Positions 36,192 to 45,973 of a DNA stretch of 64,000 bases are shown in pieces. Source of the DNA: Chlorobiota bacterium (GTDB lineage: Bacteria > Bacteroidota > Bacteroidia > Bacteroidales > JAADGE01); assembly GCA_013152535.1 (NCBI GenBank), contig JAADGE010000051.1, positions 70,735 to 134,734 on the forward strand. Reading direction: 5' to 3'. The notes beneath the pieces are model-generated. The model was not told where the DNA came from, did not search any database, and worked only from the letters and a program-made list of their open reading frames with translations. Made by a program: the position numbers and the translations under genes. Each line of letters opens with the position of its first letter. Position 1 is the stretch's first letter.

Positions 36192-39100
36192 AAAATACAA
36201 ATATATTATATTTTTAATTTCAGCAGGAGTATTTTTTGTGCTCTCATATTCTTCATATCGTTTTTCTGAAAAAGAATCTCAATATAAACTTGATGTAAAC
36301 AAAATTCAAAAACGTATCTCAGAACTTGATAAGCAATCAGAAATTTTACTAAATAAATTTTATAAAACATTACTGTCTGACAGAAAAAAACTGAAAAATA
36401 AACATCATACTAACTTATTTGATATTCTGAAAATTTCAAACCCTGAGAATTTTATTGTATTGATTTATCAAAATGACACATTAAAATTTTGGTCGGATAA
36501 TTCTTTTCCTGCAAATTCAATATTAAAGGCTTATAAAAATAAAAAAATTATTCATGCACAAAATGGTTGGTATCGTTCTAAAACAAAAGAAAATAAAGAA
36601 ACCGTAATTATTTGCTTATATAGAATTAAGAATAATTATTTCTATGAAAATAAATTTCTGAAAAGTAATTTTACAATCGGGTTAAAAATACCGTCTTCAG
36701 TAGTTGTTTCAACTTCACCGATTTCAGTCGGTAAAAATATTAAAGATGCAAAGGGCAGTTATCTGTTTTCCTTAATTCCGTCTAACAATATTGTTGATAA
36801 AAAACCAAACTATGAATTACCGTTTTTTCTGTTTGTTTTGACATTAATCTTTCTCCTTTTAGCTTCTCATAATCTTATAAGTAAGACTCATAATCGAGAA
36901 CACTCTTATTTCGTATCTTTTACTATATGGATTTTAAATTTTATAGTATTTTTTATAATTGTAAAATATCAATTCCCGAAATTTATTTCAAGCAGTATAT
37001 TTTTCTCTACGGAACTGTATGCCGGCAACTTTCCGTTCTCAAATATCGGCAACCTTGTTATTTCTTCTTTTTTTATTGTTTTTACGGCACGAAACTTTTT
37101 TAACATTATTCCTGTTGAATATTTTTTTGAAAAACATATTATTAAAAATAAAATTTACACTTTCCTGTTTTCTGCAGGATGCTTCCTTTTTTGTGCATTT
37201 TTATTTATTAAAACTTCAAATCTGCTTAAAAACATAATTTTAAACTCAAATATGTCTTTTGATATTCAAAAGATTATTAAGCCCGATATAAATGCAATTT
37301 TAAGTTTTCTCAGTATTTCGATTATTTTTTTGTCCGTTATTTATATCACTGATTTATTTTTAAAACTTTTTGCAAGATTGACAACATTCCGCATCTCTCT
37401 AATATCTCTGCTTGTCTCTTCTCCGCTGTTACTGTTAATTTTTCCTTTATTTTTGAATTCCGGTTATTTTATAAGCATTATAAGTTCTGTCATTATAATT
37501 TTCATCCTTCTGATTATCAGATATTACAAAGAAGAATATAATTATTTTTTATTACTGCTGCCGATAGCCGGTTTTACAATATTTTCAGTACTTTTTATTA
37601 ATAATTTAGAACAGAAAAAAGAACAAACAAAACAAAAAGTCCTTATAAAACAACTTGCAAACGATACTGATCCGATGGCAGAGCGTTTTTTAAAAGAAAT
37701 TAATGAACGATTAAACACCGATACAGTTTTACTAAATAAAATTACAAATGTTTCCGAAAATCAAGATTTAGAAATTTATGATTATTTGAAGCGAAAATAT
37801 TTTTACGGTTTCTGGGAACGCTACGATTTGGAAATAAGTCTTTGCGGAAATACCGAATTCTACAGAGACGAGAATCAAGCAGAAAATTGTGAAGGATATT
37901 ATAATTTAGAAATTGGTAATTTCGGAGACAAAATCAGAAATACAAAATTCTGGTTAATGCACTACAATACCGGAAAAATAACATGGTTAGGAATTATTGA
38001 AGTGCCGGTAAAAGCAGATAAACGAAAAATGAGTTTATACATCACTTTAAGTGAGAAATTAACAACGAAAGTTCTTGGTTACCCTGCCCTTTTAATTGAT
38101 AAAAGCACGAAAACAAAAACAGAATACAGAGACTATTCATATGCAAAATACAGCAACGGAATTCTTGCCGTAAAATTCGGAGATTACCCTTATGAATTGA
38201 CAGACAAAAAATTTAAAAAGAAAAATAAAACTGAATATTATATTTATTCACATAATTATTCCCATTTAGTTTATAGTGAAAGTGATAAAAAACGTATTGT
38301 TTTATCAAAAGAAAAACAAACATTCTTTGATAAAATTATTTCTTTCACTTATTTGTTCGTATTCTATAATATGCTGATTATCAGCCTTGTTATTTTCTAT
38401 GATTCCAAATACATTTTGATTCGATTCCGTTTTGATTTCAAAAATAAAATCAGATTCTCAATGATATTTATTCTGTTAATTTCTTTCATTCTTTTCGGAA
38501 CCGGTACAATTTATTTTACTGTAAAACAGAATGAAAAAACCGGTAATCGCGAAATGGAAGAAAAAGTTCAATCGGTTTTAATAGAATTAAAACATAAGTT
38601 ACAATATGAAGATGAACTTACACCAAATTGGCATACAGAACAATATGATCATCTTGATGAATTATTGAACAAATTTTCACAAGTCTTTTTTGCCGATATT
38701 AATTTATACGATTTAAACGGATTTATTTTAGCATCTTCACGTTCTGAAATTTTTAACAGAGGATTAATAGGTAAAGAAATGAATCCTAAAGCATATTATG
38801 AATTAATTTCCGAAGGAAAAACAGAATATATACAAACAGAACATATCGGGAAAATGGAATATTCATCGGTTTATATTCCTTTAAGAAACGAAAAAAATAA
38901 AATTACGGCATTTATAAATCTCCCGTATTTTTCAGATAATAATAAAGTTAAAAAAAATATTTCTGATGTTTTCATAACTACTGTAAATTTATATTTGGTA
39001 TTATTTCTGATAACGGCGTTCTTGAGTGTTTTAATTTCCGAACAAATTACAAAACCTTTGACTTTGCTGCAAAATAAATTCAAATCTGTTCAGCTCGGAA

Positions 39101-39894
39101 AAAAACATACTCAAATAATTTATACCAAAAAAGATGAAATCGGCTCTTTAGTTAAGGAATATAATTTAATGGTTGCCAAACTTGAAGAAAGTGCGAAAAA
39201 ACTTGCAGAATCCGAAAGAGAAAGTGCTTGGAGGGAAATGGCAAAACAAATTGCCCATGAAATTAAAAATCCTTTAACACCTATGAAACTCAGCATACAA
39301 CTACTGCAAAAAACTTGGTACGATAAAACAAATACCGAAGAAGAATTTCAAAAAAGATTAAATAGCGTTGCTCAAACTTTAATTGAACAAATTAACACAC
39401 TTTCTTCTATTGCTTCAGAATTTTCAGCTTTTGCAAAAATGCCTAAAGCCAGAAAAGAAGAAGTTGAAATTGTAAAAAAATTAAAAAATGTAACAGCATT
39501 ATTTGAAAATGAAGATAATATAAATATCTCATTAAATCTTAACAACATTGATGAACTTTATATTATTGCCGACAAAGAACAAATTTCCAGAGTATTTATA
39601 AATTTAGTAAAAAATGCTGTTCAGGCAATACCGAAAAATAAAAAAGGTGAAATAAAAATCAGCTTAAAAAATGAGAAAAACAAAGCTGTTGTTGTTATTA
39701 AAGATAACGGAAAAGGTATAACCGAATCACAAAAGAAACAGCTTTTTGAACCCAGCTTTACAACTAAAACTAAAGGAATGGGTATAGGCTTAGCAATTGT
39801 TAAAAATATCATCACATCTGCAGGAGGAAATATCAGCTTTGAATCGAAAGAAAATAAAGGAACCGCATTTATTGTTGAATTTATAACAGTATAA
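36184..39894 (+). CDS. Very large polytopic NtrY-like sensor histidine kinase
   Basis: Start taken at the ATG at 36184 (MIKKYKYIIFLISAGVFFV), overlapping the rlmH stop by 8 nt. Many TM segments, two extracytoplasmic regions and a HAMP-like linker. H-box AKQIAHEIKNPLTPMKLSIQLL (NtrY type). N/G boxes NLVKNAVQA, DNGKGI, GMGIGLAIV. Confidence 0.8.
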   Translation: MIKKYKYIIFLISAGVFFVLSYSSYRFSEKESQYKLDVNKIQKRISELDKQSEILLNKFYKTLLSDRKKLKNKHHTNLFDILKISNPENFIVLIYQNDTLKFWSDNSFPANSILKAYKNKKIIHAQNGWYRSKTKENKETVIICLYRIKNNYFYENKFLKSNFTIGLKIPSSVVVSTSPISVGKNIKDAKGSYLFSLIPSNNIVDKKPNYELPFFLFVLTLIFLLLASHNLISKTHNREHSYFVSFTIWILNFIVFFIIVKYQFPKFISSSIFFSTELYAGNFPFSNIGNLVISSFFIVFTARNFFNIIPVEYFFEKHIIKNKIYTFLFSAGCFLFCAFLFIKTSNLLKNIILNSNMSFDIQKIIKPDINAILSFLSISIIFLSVIYITDLFLKLFARLTTFRISLISLLVSSPLLLLIFPLFLNSGYFISIISSVIIIFILLIIRYYKEEYNYFLLLLPIAGFTIFSVLFINNLEQKKEQTKQKVLIKQLANDTDPMAERFLKEINERLNTDTVLLNKITNVSENQDLEIYDYLKRKYFYGFWERYDLEISLCGNTEFYRDENQAENCEGYYNLEIGNFGDKIRNTKFWLMHYNTGKITWLGIIEVPVKADKRKMSLYITLSEKLTTKVLGYPALLIDKSTKTKTEYRDYSYAKYSNGILAVKFGDYPYELTDKKFKKKNKTEYYIYSHNYSHLVYSESDKKRIVLSKEKQTFFDKIISFTYLFVFYNMLIISLVIFYDSKYILIRFRFDFKNKIRFSMIFILLISFILFGTGTIYFTVKQNEKTGNREMEEKVQSVLIELKHKLQYEDELTPNWHTEQYDHLDELLNKFSQVFFADINLYDLNGFILASSRSEIFNRGLIGKEMNPKAYYELISEGKTEYIQTEHIGKMEYSSVYIPLRNEKNKITAFINLPYFSDNNKVKKNISDVFITTVNLYLVLFLITAFLSVLISEQITKPLTLLQNKFKSVQLGKKHTQIIYTKKDEIGSLVKEYNLMVAKLEESAKKLAESERESAWREMAKQIAHEIKNPLTPMKLSIQLLQKTWYDKTNTEEEFQKRLNSVAQTLIEQINTLSSIASEFSAFAKMPKARKEEVEIVKKLKNVTALFENEDNINISLNLNNIDELYIIADKEQISRVFINLVKNAVQAIPKNKKGEIKISLKNEKNKAVVVIKDNGKGITESQKKQLFEPSFTTKTKGMGIGLAIVKNIITSAGGNISFESKENKGTAFIVEFITV

Positions 39895-39939
39895 GGCAAA
39901 AATCAAGCACCTGAATGTCTTTTTTTTAAAAAAAAATCC

Positions 39940-39947
39940 TATTTTTG
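39940..39947 (+). promoter_or_regulatory. Bacteroidota -7 promoter box for the atp operon
   Basis: TATTTTTG lies 35 nt upstream of the atpB ATG, in the context AAAAAAATCCTAnnTTTGC, which is also seen at the deaD promoter. Confidence 0.4.
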
Positions 39948-39982
39948 CAGTCGAATAAAAATTCGGATAAAAATAGTCTTTT

Positions 39983-41071
39983 ATGTCTCATAGTTCAAAG
40001 CTCATACGTGTAATATTTTTAAGTTTTTTTGCTGTTTTATTTTCCTCGGCTGTTTATGCTCAACATAACGATAAAGTCGAAGAAACAGATAAAAAATTTA
40101 ATCCCGGAGAACTCATTATGGAGCATGTCAGTGATGCCTATTCTTGGCATATTATGACTGTCGGCGAACATCATATCGAAATTCCGTTACCGGTAATTCT
40201 TTACAGCAAATATTCCGGTTTTCATGTTTTTATGTCTTCAAAATTTCATTACGGACAAAAAAGTTACAAAAATTTCAAACTTGCAGAAGGTAAAGAAAAT
40301 CCTCTTAAAGGAAAAATTGTTGAATCTGTTAACGGAAAAGATATTCGCCCGATTGATATTTCAATCACCAAAAATACATTATCCTTATTTATCAGTATCA
40401 TTTTAATATTTTGGTTATTTATTTCAATCGCAAAATCATACAAAAAAAGAAGAGGTAAGGCTCCGAAAGGAATTCAATCTGCTATTGAACCACTAATTAT
40501 TTTTATAAGAGATGACGTAGCAAAATCATCAATCGGAGAGAAAAAATATATGAAATATTTACCCTACCTGTTGAGTATATTTTTCTTTATTTTTTTCAAC
40601 AACCTTTTCGGAATAATCCCGATATTTCCGGGCGGTGCAAATTTAATGGGTAATATCACTATTACAATGGTACTGGCATTATTCACATTTATCATTACAA
40701 CGTTCAGCGGAAATAAACATTATTGGATTGATATTTTTAATACACCGGGTGTTCCGTGGTGGTTAAAACTTCCTATTCCCTTATTGCCTTTTGTTGAGTT
40801 TACAGGTATTTTTATTAAACCTTTTGTATTAATGATACGGTTATTTGCAAATATGCTGGCCGGACACATTGTTGCTCTCGGGTTTTTTATGTTAATTTTT
40901 ATTTTTGGTGCAATGGGCGGTGCAATAGCCGGATACGGCGGTGCAATTTTCTCTGTTGCTTTTACTGTATTTTTATCTCTGCTTGAATTACTTGTAGCAT
41001 TTATTCAGGCTTATGTATTTACACTTCTTTCGGCTCTTTACTTTGGTATGGCAACGGAAGAACATCATTAA
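39983..41071 (+). CDS. atpB: F0F1 ATP synthase subunit a
   Basis: The long N-terminal extension is typical of Bacteroidota. Conserved C-terminal helices with the essential Arg context (LMIRLFANMLAGH). Confidence 0.93.
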   Translation: MSHSSKLIRVIFLSFFAVLFSSAVYAQHNDKVEETDKKFNPGELIMEHVSDAYSWHIMTVGEHHIEIPLPVILYSKYSGFHVFMSSKFHYGQKSYKNFKLAEGKENPLKGKIVESVNGKDIRPIDISITKNTLSLFISIILIFWLFISIAKSYKKRRGKAPKGIQSAIEPLIIFIRDDVAKSSIGEKKYMKYLPYLLSIFFFIFFNNLFGIIPIFPGGANLMGNITITMVLALFTFIITTFSGNKHYWIDIFNTPGVPWWLKLPIPLLPFVEFTGIFIKPFVLMIRLFANMLAGHIVALGFFMLIFIFGAMGGAIAGYGGAIFSVAFTVFLSLLELLVAFIQAYVFTLLSALYFGMATEEHH

Positions 41072-41104
41072 TGTTTTTTATTTTTTAACTCTAATATAAT
41101 TTTT

Positions 41105-41362
41105 ATGGATTTATTATTAGTATTCTTACAAGCAGTTGCAGATTTAACTCCTTATGCAAAAATGGGAGCTGGTATCGGGGCAGGAATAGCCGTAATCGGA
41201 GCAGGTATCGGTATCGGTCAAATCGGCGGAAGTGCAATGGGTGCTATAGCTCGCCAACCCGAAGCTATCGGAGATATTCGATCAAATATGATTGTTACTG
41301 CCGCATTAGTTGAAGGTGTTGCTTTCTTTGCAATCGTAATTTGTTTGTTGATTATTTTATAA
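41105..41362 (+). CDS. atpE: F0F1 ATP synthase subunit c
   Basis: 85-aa hairpin proteolipid with a Gly-rich helix 1, an ARQPE loop, and the carboxylate in helix 2 (AALVEGVAFF). Confidence 0.93.
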   Translation: MDLLLVFLQAVADLTPYAKMGAGIGAGIAVIGAGIGIGQIGGSAMGAIARQPEAIGDIRSNMIVTAALVEGVAFFAIVICLLIIL

Positions 41363-41379
41363 TCGGCAACAACTTTTTC

Positions 41380-41420
41380 AGAGTGAGATGAGCGGTTGGC
41401 TTGTCTTCACTCTTTAATTT
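41380..41420 (+). terminator. Intra-operon hairpin (possible attenuator or mRNA stabiliser) after atpE
   Basis: AGAGTGAG (41380-41387) pairs with TTCACTCT (41406-41413, with one G-U pair) and is followed by T-rich TTAATTT. Confidence 0.4.
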
Positions 41421-41431
41421 AAAAAAAAGAA

Positions 41432-41476
41432 TTATAATTCAATATTTATAATTCAATAATTTATAATTCATAATTC
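41432..41476. repeat. Short tandem array of TTATAATTCA (3 full copies plus 1 partial, period 14-15 nt)
   Basis: TTATAATTCA occurs at 41432, 41446 and 41461, then TAATTC at 41471. This is directly upstream of the atpF ATG at 41484. Confidence 0.6.
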
Positions 41477-41483
41477 TAAAAAA

Positions 41484-41978
41484 ATGGGTTTAGTAACACC
41501 TGATTTCGGATTAATATTTTGGATGACCATATCGTTCCTGTTGGTTTTATTTATATTGAAAAAATATGCATGGAAACCAATTCTGAAAATGCTCAAAGAA
41601 CGTGAAGATTCTATAGACGAAGCCTTAAAATCCGCAGAACTTGCAAAAGATGAAATGGCACGATTAAAATCAGACAACGAAAAAATAATGCAGGAAGCCA
41701 GAGGAGAGCGAGAAAAGCTTTTAAGAGATGCACGAGAAGTAAAAGATAAAATCCTTGCAGATGCCAAAGTTGAAGCCAAAATTGAAGGCGATAAAATGAT
41801 AAATTCGGCAAAAGCACAAATTGAAAGTGAAAAATTAGCCGCTTTAACGGAAATTAAAGAGCAAGTCGTTTCATTATCGATTGATATTGCAGAAAAAATT
41901 ATTAAAGATTCGCTGGATTCCGATAAAAAACAAAAAGAATATACGAACAAACTTTTAAAAGATATTGATTTGAATTAA
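41484..41978 (+). CDS. atpF: F0F1 ATP synthase subunit b
   Basis: N-terminal TM (LIFWMTISFLLVLFIL) followed by a long charged helix. Confidence 0.9.
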   Translation: MGLVTPDFGLIFWMTISFLLVLFILKKYAWKPILKMLKEREDSIDEALKSAELAKDEMARLKSDNEKIMQEARGEREKLLRDAREVKDKILADAKVEAKIEGDKMINSAKAQIESEKLAALTEIKEQVVSLSIDIAEKIIKDSLDSDKKQKEYTNKLLKDIDLN

Positions 41979-41991
41979 TAATCAAAATTTA

Positions 41992-42528
41992 ATGAATACA
42001 AATCGAATAACAGTAAGATACGCAAAAGCACTCTACTCCTTTGCAGAAAATGAAAAAAAAGCAGAAGCAGTACGCAATGATATGCAATTGACAGCTGAAC
42101 TTATAAACATAGCCGAATTCAGAAATATGTTGAAAAATCCCGTTATTTTTCCGTCAAAAAAAATAGCTGTTTTCAACAAACTTCTTGAAGGTAAAGTCAG
42201 CAATTTAACACTTACGTTTTTTAAATTGCTTGCTAATAATAAAAGAGAAGCCTATCTGGATGCAATTTCTCGAAATTATATTGATTTCTACAGAAAGCAA
42301 AATAACATCAAATCAGCAAAATTAACAACGGTTTTTACCGCTGACGAAAAACTGAAAAAAGAAATTATAACAATTTTAGCGAAACAATTTAAAGCAGATA
42401 TAGAATTAGTCGGTGAAACTGACAAAAATATTACCGGAGGTTTTGTTTTAACCGTTGACGGAAAACAATATGATGCAAGTATTTCAAGCAAACTTAAAGA
42501 ATTAAAAAAAGAAATGCTGAATACTTAA
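41992..42528 (+). CDS. atpH: F0F1 ATP synthase subunit delta (OSCP)
   Basis: 178 aa. ITVRYAKALYSFA N-terminus, GGFVL.VDGKQYDASI near the C-terminus, and operon position. Confidence 0.88.
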   Translation: MNTNRITVRYAKALYSFAENEKKAEAVRNDMQLTAELINIAEFRNMLKNPVIFPSKKIAVFNKLLEGKVSNLTLTFFKLLANNKREAYLDAISRNYIDFYRKQNNIKSAKLTTVFTADEKLKKEIITILAKQFKADIELVGETDKNITGGFVLTVDGKQYDASISSKLKELKKEMLNT

Positions 42529-42583
42529 ACAAGCAAAATCAACTGTAATAAAAAATAAATAATTAACATAAAAACAAGAAAAC

Positions 42584-44170
42584 ATGGCAGGCATAAATCC
42601 CGCAGAAGTTTCTGAAATATTAAAAAAACAATTACAAGGAATAAGCACCGAATCAGAATTTAAAGAAGTCGGAACCGTTATTGAAGTCGGTGACGGAATT
42701 GCACGTATTTACGGACTTCAAGGCGTAAAATATAACGAAATGATTGAGTTCCAAAACGGTGTAGAAGGCATTGCATTAAACCTTGAAGAAGATAATGTAG
42801 GTGCTGTTTTACTCGGTCATTCAGCAGGAATTAAAGAGGGCGATACCGTGAAACGTCTTGATAAAATTGCTTCAATTGATGTCAGCGAAGGTATGCTCGG
42901 ACGTGTTATTAATACACTCGGCATTCCGATTGACGGTAAAGGAGCCGTAACAGGCGAAATTTTCAATTTGCCCCTCGAACGAAAAGCTCCCGGAGTAATA
43001 TACAGACAACCTGTAAACGAACCACTTCAAACAGGCATTAAAGCTATTGATTCAATGATTCCCATCGGCAGAGGTCAAAGAGAATTAATTATCGGTGACC
43101 GTCAAACCGGAAAAACAGCCATTGCCATTGATACAATAATTAACCAAAAAGAATTTTTTGATAAAGGCGAGCCGGTATATTGCATTTATGTTGCTATCGG
43201 ACAAAAGGGATCAACTGTTGCCAACATAGCAAAAACCCTTGAGGAACACGGTGCTATGGCATATACGGTAATTGTATCGGCAACCGCTTCCGAACCGGCA
43301 GCTATGCAGTTTTATGCTCCTTATGCAGGTGCAGCTATCGGCGAATATTTCAGAGATACAGGAAGACCGGCTCTGATTATTTATGACGATTTATCGAAAC
43401 AAGCCGTTTCTTACCGTGAAGTTTCTTTACTTTTAAGAAGACCTCCGGGACGAGAGGCTTATCCCGGTGATGTGTTTTATTTGCATTCAAGATTACTGGA
43501 GCGTGCGGCAAAAATTATTAACGATAATAATATTGCAAAACAAATGAATGATATTCCCGACTCGCTGAAAGGAAAAATAAAAGGCGGCGGTTCATTAACG
43601 GCATTGCCGATTATCGAAACTCAGGAAGGCGACGTTTCGGCATATATTCCCACAAATGTTATTTCAATTACCGACGGTCAAATTTTTCTTGATACAGAAT
43701 TATTTAATTCAGGAATTCGCCCGGCAATTAATGTCGGAATTTCCGTTTCTCGTGTCGGCGGAAATGCTCAAATCAAATCAATGAAAAAAGTTGCCGGAAC
43801 ATTAAAACTCGACCAAGCTCAATATCGTGAACTGGAAGCATTTTCAAAATTCGGTTCTGACTTAGACGCAACAACATTATCGGTTTTAGAAAAAGGAAGA
43901 CGTAATGTTGAAATTTTGAAACAAGGACAATTTGAACCTGCCAGAGTTGAAGATCAAACAGCTATAATTTTTGCCGGAACAAAAGGTTTATTAAAAGATG
44001 TACCGGAAAACAAAGTTTCGGATTTTGAAAAAGAATATTTAGATTTTCTGAAAACTAAACATGCCGACATTTTAGAATCTTTAGCAAAAGGAAAATACAC
44101 CGAAACCGAAACAAAAGTTTTAGAAGAAGTTGCCTTAAATATTGCATCATCATATAAACAAAATCAATAA
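42584..44170 (+). CDS. atpA: F0F1 ATP synthase subunit alpha
   Basis: Walker [34 protein letters not shown] and ITDGQIFL. Confidence 0.97.
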   Translation: MAGINPAEVSEILKKQLQGISTESEFKEVGTVIEVGDGIARIYGLQGVKYNEMIEFQNGVEGIALNLEEDNVGAVLLGHSAGIKEGDTVKRLDKIASIDVSEGMLGRVINTLGIPIDGKGAVTGEIFNLPLERKAPGVIYRQPVNEPLQTGIKAIDSMIPIGRGQRELIIGDRQTGKTAIAIDTIINQKEFFDKGEPVYCIYVAIGQKGSTVANIAKTLEEHGAMAYTVIVSATASEPAAMQFYAPYAGAAIGEYFRDTGRPALIIYDDLSKQAVSYREVSLLLRRPPGREAYPGDVFYLHSRLLERAAKIINDNNIAKQMNDIPDSLKGKIKGGGSLTALPIIETQEGDVSAYIPTNVISITDGQIFLDTELFNSGIRPAINVGISVSRVGGNAQIKSMKKVAGTLKLDQAQYRELEAFSKFGSDLDATTLSVLEKGRRNVEILKQGQFEPARVEDQTAIIFAGTKGLLKDVPENKVSDFEKEYLDFLKTKHADILESLAKGKYTETETKVLEEVALNIASSYKQNQ

Positions 44171-44196
44171 ATTAAATTCAGAAATTTTGCTTTAAT

Positions 44197-44445
44197 ATGG
44201 ACACAAACGCATTTGAAGAAGCCGTAAAAAAATCCAAAACTTTGACAGAACGTCCGTCAAATGATATTCTGTTGAAATTATATGCACTTTATAAACAAGT
44301 AACAGAAGGAGATGCAAAAGGAGAACGTCCCGGAGGTTTTGATTTTAAAGGTGCTGCAAAATACGATGCTTGGGAAGAACAAAAAGGTAAAAATAAAGAA
44401 GAGGCAGCCGATGAGTATATCAACTTAGTTAATTCATTAGTTTAA
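44197..44445 (+). CDS. Acyl-CoA-binding protein (ACBP domain)
   Basis: 82 aa with the ACBP signature P.ND.LLKLYALYKQVTEGD......PG.FD.KG.AKYDAWEE.KG...EEA...YI.LV. Confidence 0.85.
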   Translation: MDTNAFEEAVKKSKTLTERPSNDILLKLYALYKQVTEGDAKGERPGGFDFKGAAKYDAWEEQKGKNKEEAADEYINLVNSLV

Positions 44446-44456
44446 AGTATATTATA

Positions 44457-45071
44457 ATGAAAAAATCTGTTCTTATTGTCGTCTTTTTGATTTCTTTTTC
44501 TGTCAGTAGTTTCTCGCAAGACATAATTACAAAATATGATTCGACAAAAATTGAAGCTAAAATTATTGAAGTCAATTTGAAGACTGTTAAATATAAAAAA
44601 TATTCCAATCAAGACGGTCCTGTTTATGTTATCAACAAATCAGACATTCATGATATACTTTATAAAAACGGAGACAGAGATGTTTTTACAGAAAAAGATA
44701 ATTCGGCTTCCGCAGCACCTGATTTTAAAGAAAATAAAGGGCTGTTAAAGACACTTGCCGCAAAAGGAAATCGTGTTTATATTGATGCAATTGATAAAAA
44801 TGCAGCAATTCATGCCAAAAGGAAACTCAAAAGTTTAGGGTATTGGAAGATTACCGATAATAAAAATCTTGCAGACTTTATCCTTTCTTTTGACATTGAA
44901 TACACCTGGGATTCTGCAAACGGTTATGCAGAATTTATAAATCCCGAAACAAATGAAATTTTCTTTAAAACAGAAAGAGAATTTGCAGATATTACAACAG
45001 ATATGAACTTAAAACGGGGAATTATTTATAAATTAATTAATTCTGACATTGTTCCTTTAATGATAAAATAA
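44457..45071 (+). CDS. Hypothetical secreted protein encoded inside the atp operon
   Basis: Signal peptide (IVVFLISFSVSSFSQ). No recognised motif. 11-nt spacers separate it from both neighbours. Confidence 0.5.
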   Translation: MKKSVLIVVFLISFSVSSFSQDIITKYDSTKIEAKIIEVNLKTVKYKKYSNQDGPVYVINKSDIHDILYKNGDRDVFTEKDNSASAAPDFKENKGLLKTLAAKGNRVYIDAIDKNAAIHAKRKLKSLGYWKITDNKNLADFILSFDIEYTWDSANGYAEFINPETNEIFFKTEREFADITTDMNLKRGIIYKLINSDIVPLMIK

Positions 45072-45082
45072 AATTATTTGCA

Positions 45083-45958
45083 ATGGCAAATTTGAAAGAA
45101 ATACGCAATAGAATATCTTCGGTTAAATCAACCCGGCAAATTACAAATGCCATGAAAATGGTATCGGCAGCCAAATTGAGAAAAGCTCAAAACACCATCA
45201 CTCAATTAAGACCTTATGCAAATAAATTAAACGAAATTTTAGGCAGATTGGGAGATGTGAAAGGAGAATCAGCTGAAAATATTTATGCTGTTGAAAGAAC
45301 TGAAAAACGTGTTTTACTTGTTGCAATAAGCTCTAACAGAGGTCTATGCGGACCGTTTAATGCAAATGTGGTAAAAAAAGTTATTGAACTGACTAAAGAA
45401 CAATATGCCGAACAATATAAAAAAGGGAATGTTTCAATTTATACAATCGGTTCCAAATGCGGACAAATTTTACACGCCAAAGGATTTAAAATTGATGCAA
45501 ACTTCAACAAGCTTTATAATGATTTAACTTTTAACAATATTGCCGAAACTGCAGGTAAATTAATGGATCTTTTTACAAATAAAAAATTCGATAAAATTGA
45601 ATTTATTTATAATCGATTTAAAAATGCTGCCGTTCAAATATTAACACAAGAACAATTTTTACCGGTAAAACATACAGAGAATAATTCAGAAAATAATAAT
45701 GATTATATTTTTGAACCCTCACAACAATACATTTTTGACACTTTAATACCGGATTCACTTAAAACACAACTCTTTGCAGCAATATCAGATTCGTATGCCG
45801 CTGAGCAGGGAGCAAGAATGACGGCTATGCATCAAGCAACCGATAATGCCGGTGAAATGATTCGTTCATTAACTTTAAGCTATAATAAAGCACGCCAAGC
45901 AGCCATAACAAAAGAAATTTTAGAAATTACAGCAGGAGCTGAAGCTTTAAAAGGATAG
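45083..45958 (+). CDS. atpG: F0F1 ATP synthase subunit gamma
   Basis: MANLKEIRNRISSVKSTRQITNAMKMVSAAKLRKAQ N-terminus and QAAITKEILEI..GAEAL C-terminus. Confidence 0.93.
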   Translation: MANLKEIRNRISSVKSTRQITNAMKMVSAAKLRKAQNTITQLRPYANKLNEILGRLGDVKGESAENIYAVERTEKRVLLVAISSNRGLCGPFNANVVKKVIELTKEQYAEQYKKGNVSIYTIGSKCGQILHAKGFKIDANFNKLYNDLTFNNIAETAGKLMDLFTNKKFDKIEFIYNRFKNAAVQILTQEQFLPVKHTENNSENNNDYIFEPSQQYIFDTLIPDSLKTQLFAAISDSYAAEQGARMTAMHQATDNAGEMIRSLTLSYNKARQAAITKEILEITAGAEALKG

Positions 45959-45973
45959 AAAATATTCTGTTGT

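Noticed and set aside
41468-41950. 160-aa ORF antisense to atpF, and a 68-aa ORF at 41611..41817(-).
   Set aside because: They mirror the charged-helix region of atpF. The Ser/Ala/Phe-rich low-complexity translation is typical of antisense to Lys/Glu-rich coding sequence.
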